The position numbers and the translations under genes are program-made. Below the pieces are notes generated by a model, which was not told where the DNA came from, made no database searches, and worked only from the letters and a program-made list of their open reading frames with translations. From the NCBI RefSeq assembly GCF_006345805.1, contig NC_043007.1:32240001-32304000 (forward strand): DNA of 64,000 bases. Direction: 5' to 3'. This DNA comes from Octopus sinensis. Taxonomy: Eukaryota. This document shows, one piece after another, positions 38,804-52,839 of the stretch (its first letter is position 1; each line of letters opens with the position of its first letter).

Positions 38804-39369
38804 TTGGGTTGTCCGGAAAGTTCTTGCCGATTTTTAAAGGAAAGAAAAAGGTCAATAAATACTTGCCATTACATTTTTAATCAACCAAATATGAACCATT
38901 TTGTTGCACAACGCGTCTCCATCTTTCCTTTAACTTGAAAATACCCTCATCCCAGAATTGAGGTGGTTAAATGACAAAGAATTCGTCAAGGTATCTTTTT
39001 ATGTCATCCAAGGAAGTGAAATTTTTACTATTAAGATTATTCTGCAGAGACCTGAATAAGTGGAAATCCGAAGAAGCGATATCTGGTGAATATGGAGGGT
39101 GGGGTAACACATCACAGCCGAGCTGCAGCAATTTTTGTCTGGTTCCCAAAGCATCAAGTACCAAAAATGAACTCTCTTATATTCCATTTTAAAGGGTTAC
39201 AGAATTAACACAGGTTATAGGAACATAAACCTTCTTTCACGAAAAGATAGCTTAAACTGTGCTCTAAATGGAGGTGTAGTCAAATCCTATTTTATAGACT
39301 CAACCATGTTCTAAAATAAGTTGAAAGGTGAGCTACTATAAATTGGCAGGAACTTTCTGGACAACCCAA
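38804..39369 (-). mobile_element. Internally deleted mariner transposon
   Basis: about 30-bp TIRs TTGGGTTGTCC(G/A)GAAAGTTC, TA TSD; LPHPPYSPDIASSDFHLFRSLQNNL...WDEGIFKLKERWRRVVQQNG. Confidence 0.93.
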
Positions 39370-40371
39370 TAGTAGTAGTAGTAGTGGCAGTAGTAGCAAA
39401 GATGGTAAGGTTCTGGACAAAGTTCTTGATTGTGACTTTAACCCTCTCGTTACTGTATTTATTTTGAGATGCTCTGTGTTTCTTTCAATTATTTTAAATA
39501 TAACAAAGAATTTAGTAAAATATCTTAGTTATCATTATCCTAGTGTTAAGAACATAAATTGTGACTAAGGATTGGTGGTATATTTTGATGCAAAATTTAT
39601 GAAAACAAGACTTTGTACTACAGAGCCAGAGCCATTTTTGGCCGGGTTGGTAACAAAAGGGTTAATTTTTAGATTGATGGAGTACCAACCATTTCCAGAC
39701 TTTTGCAATCTAATCAGAAATACTTTTTGATTCAGTTAATCAATGTATTTGTACTTGATAGATCTGGTCTCAATCCAATCAAATCTAATCCACCTCTATA
39801 AAAATTAACCTTGTGCTGCATTCAAAAATAATCAATATTTTTACTTGAAAGGGAGTAGAGGAAAACCGAGGTCGTGGTTGTTGTTTTTGGCTGATTAATT
39901 TCAATTTTATGCACTGCAAAGTTGATCTGGCTTAATATTTCATTTCTGTTTTCTGGTTTTCCCCCCATTGTGTTTGACTTTGTTATTAACGCTGACTTCC
40001 TTCAGCTATCTTATCGCTTGTAGTTGTGAAGGGTTTCAACTCCACCATCACAGACACCCTATTACATGCTATTGATCTATGGTGGACATATCATTTATCA
40101 TGCAATGTCCAAGTGAACAAAGCTATTTGACTTTCAGTTCATGACCTGTTAGTTCTGATATGTGAAATTTTGGCGCCACCTATTTGGCATTGATGATTTG
40201 ATGCTGCCTTATTTGACATTAGATGTTGCAACATTTCTTTCATTCTCTCCATCCTTCTCTCTCTCTCTCTGTTTATGTGTGTGAGCATGTTTCCTTTTAT
40301 GCGTTGAGGAGAGGGAAACTGTTTGTGTCAACCACGTTCAATTAATCTCTCTCTCTCTCTGTATCTGTATA

Positions 40372-40410
<39 letters not shown>

Positions 40411-40629
40411 GTCCAGCAGCAAAAAGTACTGTTGCCAAAACCAGATGAATGTCCAGCCAGCCGTGCTGCCAATTCGTCTGTGTCCAGTCAACCGCCTTAA
40501 ATAGTATCAGTTCACATCTACCACAAACATTCTGCTGTGTCACTGTCTATACCCAGCTGGAGAACAGATTCCAGAATTTTCCGGGAGAGCTACTTGCAGA
40601 GACATGCTTATTACTGAAGGAGACCTTTG

Positions 40630-43600
40630 TTTCATCTAGTTATCACTACGGAAGCAAAAACTTTATCACTATTGATTGACGCTTGTGGTTTGCGAAAAGG
40701 TTAACTAACAATCATGCTAGACCATCAGCAATATCCTATTTCATCTAGTTATCACTACGGAAGCAAAGACTTTATCACTATTGATTGACGCTTGTGGTTT
40801 GCGAAAAGGTTAACTAACAATCGTGCTAGACCATCAGCAATATCCTATTTCATCTAGTTATCACTACGGAAGCAAAGACTTTATCACTATTGATTGACGC
40901 TTGTGGTTTGCGAAAAGGTTAACTAACAATCGTGCTAGACCATCAGCAATATCCTATTTCATCTAGTTATCACTACGGAAGCAAAAACTTTATCACTATT
41001 GATTGACGCTTGTGGTTTGCGAAAAGGTTAACTAACAATCGTGCTAGACCATCAGCAATATCCTATTCATCTAGTTATCACTACGGAAGCAAAAACTTTA
41101 TCACTATTGATTGACGCTTGTGGTTTGCGAAAAGGTTAACTAACAATCGTGCTAGACCATCAGCAATATCCTATTTCATCTAGTTATCACTACGGAAGCA
41201 AAAACTTTATCACTATTGATTGACGCTTGTGGTTTGCGAAAAGGTTAACTAACAATCGTGCTAGACCATCAGCAATATCCTATTTCATCTAGTTATCACT
41301 ACGGAAGCAAAAACTTTATCACTATTGATTGACGCTTGTGGTTTGCGAAAAGGTAAACTAACAATCGTGCTAGACCATCAGCAATATCCTATTTCATCTG
41401 GTTATCACTACGGAAGCAAAAACTTTATCACTATTGATTGACGCTTGTGGTTTGCGAAAAGGTTAACTAACAATCGTGCTAGACCATCAGCAATATCCTA
41501 TTTCATCTGGTTATCACTACGGAAGCAAAAACTTTATCACTATTGATTGACGCTTGTGGTTTGCGAAAAGGTTAACTAACAATCGTGCTAGACCATCAGC
41601 AATATCCTATTTCATCTAGTTATCACTACGGAAGCAAAAACTTTATCACTATTGATTGACGCTTGTGGTTTGCGAAAAGGTTAACTAACAATCGTGCTAG
41701 ACCATCAGCAATATCCTATTTCATCTAGTTATCACTACGGAAGCAAAGACTTTATCACTATTGATTGACGCTTGTGGTTTGCGAAAAGGTTAACTAACAA
41801 TCGTGCTAGACCATCAGCAATATCCTATTTCATCTAGTTATCACTACGGAAGCAAAGACTTTATCACTATTGATTGACGCTTGTGGTTTGCGAAAAGGTT
41901 AACTAACAATCGTGCTAGACCATCAGCAATATCCTATTTCATCTAGTTATCACTACGGAAGCAAAGACTTTATCACTATTGATTGACGCTTGTGGTTTGC
42001 GAAAAGGTTAACTAACAATCGTGCTAGACCATCAGCAATATCCTATTTCATCTAGTTATCACTACGGAAGCAAAGACTTTATCACTATTGATTGACGCTT
42101 GTGGTTTGCGAAAAGGTTAACTAACAATCGTGCTAGACCATCAGCAATATCCTATTTCATCTAGTTATCACTACGGAAGCAAAGACTTTATCACTATTGA
42201 TTGACGCTTGTGGTTTGCGAAAAGGTTAACTAACAATCGTGCTAGACCATCAGCAATATCCTATTTCATCTAGTTATCACTACGGAAGCAAAGACTTTAT
42301 CACTATTGATTGACGCTTGTGGTTTGCGAAAAGGTTAACTAACAATCGTGCTAGACCATCAGCAATATCCTATTTCATCTAGTTATCACTACGGAAGCAA
42401 AGACTTTATCACTATTGATTGACGCTTGTGGTTTGCGAAAAGGTTAACTAACAATCGTGCTAGACCATCAGCAATATCCTATTTCATCTAGTTATCACTA
42501 CGGAAGCAAAGACTTTATCACTATTGATTGACGCTTGTGTTTGCGAAAAGGTTAACTAACAATCGTGCTAGACCATCAGCAATATCCTATTTCATCTAGT
42601 TATCACTACGGAAGCAAAGACTTTATCACTATTGATTGACGCTTGTGGTTTGCGAAAAGGTTAACTAACAATCGTGCTAGACCATCAGCAATATCCTATT
42701 TCATCTAGTTATCACTACGGAAGCAAAGACTTTATCACTATTGATTGACGCTTGTGGTTTGCGAAAAGGTTAACTAACAATCGTGCTAGACCATCAGCAA
42801 TATCCTATTTCATCTAGTTATCACTACGGAAGCAAAGACTTTATCACTATTGATTGACGCTTGTGGTTTGCGAAAAGGTTAACTAACAATCGTGCTAGAC
42901 CATCAGCAATATCCTATTTCATCTATTATCACTACGGAAGCAAAGACTTTATCACTATTGATTGACGCTTGTGGTTTGCGAAAAGGTTAACTAACAATCG
43001 TGCTAGACCATCAGCAATATCCTATTTCATCTAGTTATCACTACGGAAGCAAAGACTTTATCACTATTGATTGACGCTTGTGGTTTGCGAAAAGGTTAAC
43101 TAACAATCGTGCTAGACCATCAGCAATATCCTATTTCATCTAGTTATCACTACGGAAGCAAAGACTTTATCACTATTGATTGACGCTTGTGGTTTGCGAA
43201 AAGGTTAACTAACAATCGTGCTAGACCATCAGCAATATCCTATTTCATCTAGTTATCACTACGGAAGCAAAGACTTTATCACTATTGATTGACGCTTGTG
43301 GTTTGCGAAAAGGTTAACTAACAATCGTGCTAGACCATCAGCAATATCCTATTTCATCTAGTTATCACTACGGAAGCAAAACTTTATCACTATTGATTGA
43401 CGCTTGTGTTTGCGAAAAGGTTAACTAACAATCGTGCTAGACCATCAGCAATATCCTATTTCATCTAGTTATCACTACGGAAGCAAAGACTTTATCACTA
43501 TTGATTGACGCTTGTGGTTTGCGAAAAGGTTAACTAACAATCGTGCTAGACCATCAGCAATATCCTATTTCATCTAGTTATCACTACGGAAGCAAAGACT

Positions 43601-46600
43601 TTATCCCTATTGATTGACGCTTGTGGTTTGCGAAAAGGTTAACTAACAATCGTGCTAGACCATCAGCAATATCCTATTTCATCTAGTTATCACTACGGAA
43701 GCAAAGACTTTATCACTATTGATTGACGCTTGTGGTTTGCGAAAAGGTTAACTAACAATCGTGCTAGACCATCAGCAATATCCTATTTCATCTAGTTATC
43801 ACTACGGAAGCAAAGACTTTATCACTATTGATTGACGCTTGTGGTTTGCGAAAAGGTTAACTAACAATCGTGCTAGACCATCAGCAATATCCTATTTCAT
43901 CTAGTTATCACTACGAAGCAAAGACTTTATCACTATTGATTGACGCTTGTGGTTTGCGAAAAGGTTAACTAACAATTGTGCTAGACCATCAGCAATATCC
44001 TATTTCATCTAGTTATCACTACGGAAGCAAAGACTTTATCACTATTGATTGACGCTTGTGGTTTGCGAAAAGGTTAACTAACAATCGTGCTAGACCATCA
44101 GCAATATCCTATTTCATCTAGTTATCACTACGGAAGCAAAGACTTTATCACTATTGATTGACGCTTGTGGTTTGCGAAAAGGTTAACTAACAATCGTGCT
44201 AGACCATCAGCAATATCCTATTTCATCTAGTTATCACTACGGAAGCAAAGACTTTATCACTATTGATTGACGCTTGTGGTTTGCGAAAAGGTTAACTAAC
44301 AATCGTGCTAGACCATCAGCAATATCCTATTTCATCTAGTTATCACTACGGAAGCAAAGACTTTATCACTATTGATTGACGCTTGTGGTTTGCGAAAAGG
44401 TTAACTAACAATCGTGCTAGACCATCAGCAATATCCTATTTCATCTAGTTATCACTACGGAAGCAAAGACTTTCACTATTGATTGACGCTTGTGGTTTGC
44501 GAAAAGGTTAACTAACAATCGTGCTAGACCATCAGCAATATCCTATTTCATCTAGTTATCACTACGGAAGCAAAAACTTTATCCCTATTGATTGACGCTT
44601 GTGGTTTGCGAAAAGGTTAACTAACAATCGTGCTAGACCATCAGCAATATCCTATTTCATCTAGTTATCACTACGGAAGCAAAAACTTTATCACTATTGA
44701 TTGACGCTTGTGGTTTGCGAAAAGGTTAACTAACAATCGTGCTAGACCATCAGCAATATCCTATTTCATCTAGTTATCACTACGGAAGCAAAGACTTTAT
44801 CACTATTGATTGACGCTTGTGGTTTGCGAAAAGGTTAACTAACAATCGTGCTAGACCATCAGCAATATCCTATTTCATCTAGTTATCACTACGGAAGCAA
44901 AGACTTTATCACTATTGATTGACGCTTGTGGTTTGCGAAAAGGTTAACTAACAATCGTGCTAGACCATCAGCAATATCCTATTTCATCTGGTTATCACTA
45001 CGGAAGCAAAAACTTTATCACTATTGATTGACGCTTGTGGTTTGCGAAAAGGTTAACTAACAATCGTGCTAGACCATCAGCAATATCCTATTTCATCTAG
45101 TTATCACTACGGAAGCAAAAACTTTATCCTATTGATTGACGCTTGTGGTTTGCGAAAAGGTTAACTAACAATCGTGCTAGACCATCAGCAATATCCTATT
45201 TCATCTAGTTATCACTACGGAAGCAAAAACTTTATCCCTATTGATTGACGCTTGTGGTTTGCGAAAAGGTTAACTAACAATCGTGCTAGACCATCAGCAA
45301 TATCCTATTTCATCTAGTTATCACTACGGAAGCAAAAACTTTATCACTATTGATTGACGCTTGTGGTTTGCGAAAAGGTTAACTAACAATCGTGCTAGAC
45401 CATCAGCAATATCCTATTTCATCTAGTTATCACTACGGAAGCAAAGACTTTATCACTATTGATTGACGCTTGTGGTTTGCGAAAAGGTTAACTAACAATC
45501 GTGCTAGACCATCAGCAATATCCTATTTCATCTAGTTATCACTACGGAAGCAAAGACTTTATCACTATTGATTGACGCTTGTGGTTTGCGAAAAGGTTAA
45601 CTAACAATCGTGCTAGACCATCAGCAATATCCTATTTCATCTAGTTATCACTACGGAAGCAAAAACTTTATCACTATTGATTGACGCTTGTGGTTTGCGA
45701 AAAGGTTAACTAACAATCGTGCTAGACCATCAGCAATATCCTATTTCATCTAGTTATCACTACGGAAGCAAAGACTTTATCACTATTGATTGACGCTTGT
45801 GGTTTGCGAAAAGGTTAACTAACAATCGTGCTAGACCATCAGCAATATCCTATTTCATCTAGTTATCACTACGGAAGCAAAGACTTTATCACTATTGATT
45901 GACGCTTGTGGTTTGCGAAAAGGTTAACTAACAATCGTGCTAGACCATCAGCAATATCCTATTTCATCTAGTTATCACTACGGAAGCAAAAACTTTATCA
46001 CTATTGATTGACGCTTGTGGTTTGCGAAAAGGTTAACTAACAATCGTGCTAGACCATCAGCAATATCCTATTTCATCTAGTTATCACTACGGAAGCAAAG
46101 ACTTTATCACTATTGATTGACGCTTGTGGTTTGCGAAAAGGTTAACTAACAATCGTGCTAGACCATCAGCAATATCCTATTTCATCTAGTTATCACTACG
46201 GAAGCAAAAACTTTATCACTATTGATTGACGCTTGTGGTTTGCGAAAAGGTTAACTAACAATCGTGCTAGACCATCAGCAATATCCTATTTCATCTAGTT
46301 ATCACTACGGAAGCAAAGACTTTATCACTATTGATTGACGCTTGTGGTTTGCGAAAAGGTTAACTAACAATCGTGCTAGACCATCAGCAATATCCTATTT
46401 CATCTAGTTATCACTACGGAAGCAAAAACTTTATCACTATTGATTGACGCTTGTGGTTTGCGAAAAGGTTAACTAACAATCGTGCTAGACCATCAGCAAT
46501 ATCCTATTTCATCTAGTTATCACTACGGAAGCAAAGACTTTATCACTATTGATTGACGCTTGTGGTTTGCGAAAAGGTTAACTAACAATCGTGCTAGACC

Positions 46601-49600
46601 ATCAGCAATATCCTATTTCATCTAGTTATCACTACGGAAGCAAAAACTTTATCACTATTGATTGACGCTTGTGGTTTGCGAAAAGGTTAACTAACAATCG
46701 TGCTAGACCATCAGCAATATCCTATTTCATCTAGTTATCACTACGGAAGCAAAAACTTTATCACTATTGATTGACGCTTGTGGTTTGCGAAAAGGTTAAC
46801 TAACAATCGTGCTAGACCATCAGCAATATCCTATTTCATCTAGTTATCACTACGGAAGCAAAGACTTTATCACTATTGATTGACGCTTGTGGTTTGCGAA
46901 AAGGTTAACTAACAATCGTGCTAGACCATCAGCAATATCCTATTTCATCTAGTTATCACTACGGAAGCAAAGACTTTATCACTATTGATTGACGCTTGTG
47001 GTTTGCGAAAAGGTTAACTAACAATCGTGCTAGACCATCAGCAATATCCTATTTCATCTAGTTATCACTACGGTAGCAAAAACTTTATCACTATTGATTG
47101 ACGCTTGTGGTTTGCGAAAAGGTTAACTAACAATCGTGCTAGACCATCAGCATATCCTATTTCATCTAGTTATCACTACGGAAGCAAAGACTTTATCACT
47201 ATTGATTGACGCTTGTGGTTTGCGAAAAGGTTAACTAACAATCGTGCTAGACCATCAGCAATATCCTATTTCATCTAGTTATCACTACGGAAGCAAAGAC
47301 TTTATCACTATTGATTGACGCTTGTGGTTTGCGAAAAGGTTAACTAACAATCGTGCTAGACATCAGCAATATCCTATTTCATCTAGGTATCACTACGGAA
47401 GCAAAGACTTTATCACTATTGATTGACGCTTGTGGTTTGCGAAAAGGTTAACTAACAATCGTGCTAGACCATCAGCAATATCCTATTTCATCTAGTTATC
47501 ACTACGGAAGCAAAGACTTTATCACTATTGATTGACGCTTGTGGTTTGCGAAAAGGTTAACTAACAATCGTGCTAGACCATCAGCAATATCCTATTTCAT
47601 CTAGTTATCACTACGGAAGCAAAGACTTTATCACTATTGATTGACGCTTGTGGTTTGCGAAAAGGTTAACTAACAATCGTGCTAGACCATCAGCAATATC
47701 CTATTTCATCTAGTTATCACTACGGAAGCAAAGACTTTATCACTATTGATTGACGCTTGTGGTTGCGAAAAGGTTAACTAACAATCGTGCTAGACCATCA
47801 GCAATATCCTATTTCATCTAGTTATCACTACGGAAGCAAAAACTTTATCACTATTGATTGACGCTTGTGGTTTGCGAAAAGGTAACTAACAATCGTGCTA
47901 GACCATCAGCAATATCCTATTTCATCTAGTTATCACTACGGAAGCAAAGACTTTATCACTATTGATTGACGCTTGTGGTTTGCGAAAAGGTTAACTAACA
48001 ATCGTGCTAGACCATCAGCAATATCCTATTTCATCTAGTTATCACTACGGAAGCAAAGACTTTATCACTATTGATTGACGCTTGTGGTTTGCGAAAAGGT
48101 TAACTAACAATCGTGCTAGACCATCAGCAATATCCTATTTCATCTAGTTATCACTACGGAAGCAAAGACTTTATCACTATTGATTGACGCTTGTGGTTTG
48201 CGAAAAGGTTAACTAACAATCGTGCTAGACCATCAGCAATATCCTATTTCATCTAGTTATCACTACGGAAGCAAAGACTTATCACTATTGATTGACGCTT
48301 GTGGTTTGCGAAAAGGTTAACTAACAATCGTGCTAGACCATCAGCAATATCCTATTTCATCTAGTTATCACTACGGAAGCAAAGACTTTATCACTATTGA
48401 TTGACGCTTGTGGTTTGCGAAAAGGTTAACTAACAATCGTGCTAGACCATCAGCAATATCCTATTTCATCTAGTTATCACTACGGAAGCAAAAACTTATC
48501 ACTATTGATTGACGCTTGTGGTTTGCGAAAAGGTTAACTAACAATCGTGCTAGACCATCAGCAATATCCTATTTCATCTAGTTATCACTACGGAAGCAAA
48601 GACTTTATCACTATTGATTGACGCTTGTGGTTTGCGAAAAGGTTAACTAACAATCGTGCTAGACCATCAGCAATATCCTATTTCATCTAGTTATACTACG
48701 GAAGCAAAGACTTTATCACTATTGATTGACGCTTGTGGTTTGCGAAAAGGTTAACTAACAATCGTGCTAGACCATCAGCAATATCCTATTTCATCTAGTT
48801 ATCACTACGGAAGCAAAGACTTTATCACTATTGATTGACGCTTGTGGTTTGCGAAAAGGTTAACTAACAATCGTGCTAGACCATCAGCATATCCTATTTC
48901 ATCTAGTTATCACTACGGAAGCAAAGACTTTATCACTATTGATTGACGCTTGTGGTTTGCGAAAAGGTTAACTAACAATCGTGCTAGACCATCAGCAATA
49001 TCCTATTTCATCTAGTTATCACTACGGAAGCAAAAACTTTATCACATTGATTGACGCTTGTGGTTTGTGAAAAGGTTAACTAACAATCGTGCTAGACCAT
49101 CAGCAATATCCTATTTCATCTAGTTATCACTACGGAAGCAAAGACTTTATCACTATTGATTGACGCTTGTGGTTTGCGAAAAGGTTAACTAACAATCGTG
49201 CTAGACCATCAGCAATATCCTATTCATCTAGTTATCACTACGGAAGCAAAGACTTTATCACTATTGATTGACGCTTGTGGTTTGCGAAAAGGTTAACTAA
49301 CAATCGTGCTAGACCATCAGCAATATCCTATTTCATCTAGTTATCACTACGGAAGCAAAAACTTTATCACTATTGATTGACGCTTGTGGTTTGCGAAAAG
49401 GTTACTAACAATCGTGCTAGACCATCAGCAATATCCTATTTCATCTAGTTATCACTACGGAAGCAAAGACTTTATCACTATTGATTGACGCTTGTGGTTT
49501 GCGAAAAGGTTAACTAACAATCGTGCTAGACCATCAGCACATATCCTATTTCATCTAGTTATCACTACGGAAGCAAAGACTTTATCACTATTGATTGACG

Positions 49601-51409
49601 CTTGTGGTTTGCGAAAAGGTTAACTAACAATCGTGCTAGACCATCAGCAATATCCTATTTCATCTAGTTATCACTACGGAAGCAAAAACTTTATCACTAT
49701 TGATTGACGCTTGTGTTTGCGAAAAGGTTAACTAACAATCGTGCTAGACCATCAGCAATATCCTATTTCATCTAGTTATCACTACGGAAGCAAAGACTTT
49801 ATCACTATTGATTGACGCTTGTGGTTTGCGAAAAGGTTAACTAACAATCGTGCTAGACCATCAGCAATATCCTATTTCATCTAGTTATCACTACGGAAGC
49901 AAAGACTTTATCACTATTGATTGACGCTTGTGGTTTGCGAAAAGGTTAACTAACAATCGTGCTAGACCATCAGCAATATCCTATTTCATCTAGTTATCAC
50001 TACGGAAGCAAAGACTTTATCACTATTGATTGACGCTTGTGGTTTGTGAAAAGGTTAACTAACAATCGTGCTAGACCATCAGCAATATCCTATTTCATCT
50101 AGTTATCACTACGGAAGCAAAACTTTATCACTATTGATTGACGCTTGTGGTTTGCGAAAAGGTTAACTAACAATCGTGCTAGACCATCAGCAATATCCTA
50201 TTTCATCTAGTTATCACTACGGAAGCAAAGACTTTATCACTATTGATTGACGCTTGTGGTTTGCGAAAAGGTTAACTAACAATCGTGCTAGACCATCAGC
50301 AATATCCTATTTCATCTAGTTATCACACTACGGAAGCAAAGACTTTATCACTATTGATTGACGCTTGTGGTTTGCGAAAAGGTTAACTAACAATCGTGCT
50401 AGACCATCAGCAATATCCTATTTCATCTAGTTATCACTACGGAAGCAAAGACTTTATCACTATTGATTGACGCTTGTGGTTTGCGAAAAAGTTAACTAAC
50501 ATCGTGCTAGACCATCAGCAATATCCTATTTCATCTAGTTATCACTACGGAAGCAAAAACTTTATCACTATTGATTGACGCTTGTGGTTTGCGAAAAGGT
50601 TAACTAACAATCGTGCTAGACCATCAGCAATATCCTATTTCATCTAGTTATCACTACGAAGCAAGACTTTATCACTATTGATTGACGCTTGTGGTTTGCG
50701 AAAAAGTTAACTAACAATCGTGCTAGACCATCAGCAATATCCTATTTCATCTAGTTATCACTACGGAAGCAAAGACTTTATCACTATTGATTGACGCTTG
50801 TGGTTTGCGAAAAGGTTAACTAACAATCGTGCTAGACCATCAGCAATATCCTATTTCATATTCATCTAGTTATCACTACGGAAGGAAAGACTTTATCACT
50901 ATTGATTGACGCTTGTGGTTTGCGAAAAGGTTAACTAACAATCGTGCTAGACCATCAGCAATATCCTATTTCATCTAGTTATCACTACGGAAGCAAAGAC
51001 TTTATCACTATTGATTGACGCTTGTGGTTGCGAAAAGGTTAACTAACAATCGTGCTAGACCATCAGCAATATCCTATTTCATCTAGTTATCACTACGGAA
51101 GCAAAGACTTTATCACTATTGATTGACGCTTGTGGTTTGCGAAAAGGTTAACTAACAATCGTGCTAGACCATCAGCAATATCCTATTTCATCTAGTTATC
51201 ACTACGGAAGCAAAGACTTTATCACTATTGATTGACGCTTGTGGTTTGCGAAAAGGTTAACTAACAATCGTGCTAGACCATCAGCAATATCCTATTTCAT
51301 CTAGTTATCACTACGGAAGCAAAGACTTTATCACTATTGATTGACGCTTGTGGTTTGCGAAAAGGTTAACTAACAATCGTGCTAGACCATCAGCAATATC
51401 CTATTTCAT
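40630..51409. repeat. Tandem array of about 99 x 109-bp units
   Basis: Unit tttcatctagttatcactacggaagcaaa(g/a)actttatcactattgattgacgcttgtggtttgcgaaaaggttaactaacaatcgtgctagaccatcagcaatatccta; period 109 measured at 40741 to 40850; 10780 bp. Confidence 0.98.
40640..40699 (+). CDS. Hypothetical 60-nt phase-1 cassette exon of MOB2 (first of about 99 tandem copies)
   Basis: cctttgtttcatctag|...AAAAG|gttaac; (V)ITTEAKTLSLLIDACGLRK; the other two frames contain TGA; no transcript evidence. Confidence 0.3.
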
Positions 51410-51544
51410 TTGCTTTAATAATCTGTTACAGTGTCACCACAGAAGGAACCAACACAGTACAAGAGTCATTCATCATTCTTTAATTCTTTTTTTTTTTTTT
51501 GTAACATGAGGTCTTCATGAGAAATAGTATAAAATACTTTCTTT

Positions 51545-51811
51545 AAACAATTGCAGTGTGGAAGGTGTTTATAAGCCATTTAAGAAACACACAAAAACCA
51601 TTAGATTCACTTCAACATTTAAATTTAATTTGTCAAAATATTTTCGGCGCTTTCAGACCGTGACCTGTTCACTGACAAAACTTTGTGCTGCACAAAGTTT
51701 TGTCAGAGAACAGGTCACGGTCTGAAATTAAATTTAAATGTTGAAGTGAATCTAATGGTTTTTGTGTGTTTCTTAAATGGCTTATAAACACCTTCTACAC
51801 TGCAATTGTTT
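51545..51811. repeat. Near-perfect fold-back palindrome, about 120-bp arms
   Basis: centre ACTTTGTG-CTG-CACAAAGT at about 51689; about 21-nt bulge in the left arm. Confidence 0.95.
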
Positions 51812-52607
51812 TCGTTCCAGCACACAATCTCAGATCAGGTCACTTGCTATGCAAGTACATCTTCGTAACTTTCTTTAAAATTATTTTAATTGTAAAGTAA
51901 CATACAGAATAACTGATTTTTGTTTTCGTTTGTTCAGGCATGAGATCTGTATTTTTACTTCTTAGTTTAAAAAGGATCTGAAACTCATAATTGTCTTTCA
52001 ACTTTCCTAAATCAAATAATGTAGTAACTGACTGATATCCTGCTTTGAGAAGAGCTGGTGTAGATCTTTCTTCACCTAAAGTATCCTTGCTGGCTGCCCT
52101 TAAAAATTCTGATCGTGACCGAAACCCTATACCCGTAAAAACCGAAACCCTATACTCTCCATTTTAAATATATACGGTTTAGCTGTGATATTCAGTCTGC
52201 AAAGAAGCTCCCTCAGTACTTGCAGTCGATTAGTTCCGCTAGTTCCATTACCCTGGCATCAACACTTTCCTGTTGAATATTTCTGATGGTTAGAAACATG
52301 ATTATCGAAGAATCCCCTTAGCCCGTTAGTTTTCATTCTGATGTCACGGTTCACTGGAAATCAGGTAAAAGAATTACAGTGCACCTCAAATGGAAATGAA
52401 AAAGATTAAGGTCACGCTTTGCATGAAAAGCTTAAAAAAGAACGAGATGGTGAAGATGCCGACGACCGCTTTGTTCAAAGCCTCCCTTGACCTCAAGTGG
52501 CCTGAACTCTTTACATGAACACCACCCTGTACTTAACTCCATGTCCCCCTACATGGCCTTGCTATTTGCTTTTGAGCCAAATTAACTAACTAACTAATTA
52601 ACTAATT

Positions 52608-52839
52608 TTAACCCTTTCGTTACCGTATTTATTTTGAGATGCTCTGTGTTTCATTCAATTAATTTTAATTATAACAAGGAATTTAGTAAAAGAACTTAGT
52701 TATCATTAGGCTAGTGTTGGGAACATAAATTGTGGAACATAAATTTGGTGGAAGATTTTAATTCAATACTTATGAAAGTAAGACATTTGTACTACAGAGC
52801 CAGAGGTGGTTTTGGCCGGGTTGGTATCAAAAGGGTTAA
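52608..52839. mobile_element. piggyBac-type MITE family E copy
   Basis: TTAACCCTTTCGTTACC...GGTATCAAAAGGGTTAA; body nearly identical to 39438-39665. Confidence 0.8.

Noticed and set aside
40449-40679. 76-aa ORF running into the array
   Set aside because: No recognisable homology and not in the frame that could splice to MOB2
40630-51409. CRISPR array
   Set aside because: No unique spacers, units are near-identical over their full length, no cas genes, eukaryotic intron
40630-51409. Continuous repeat-encoded protein
   Set aside because: The unit is 109 nt (not a multiple of 3) and every + frame hits a stop within about one unit; coding is only conceivable with splicing
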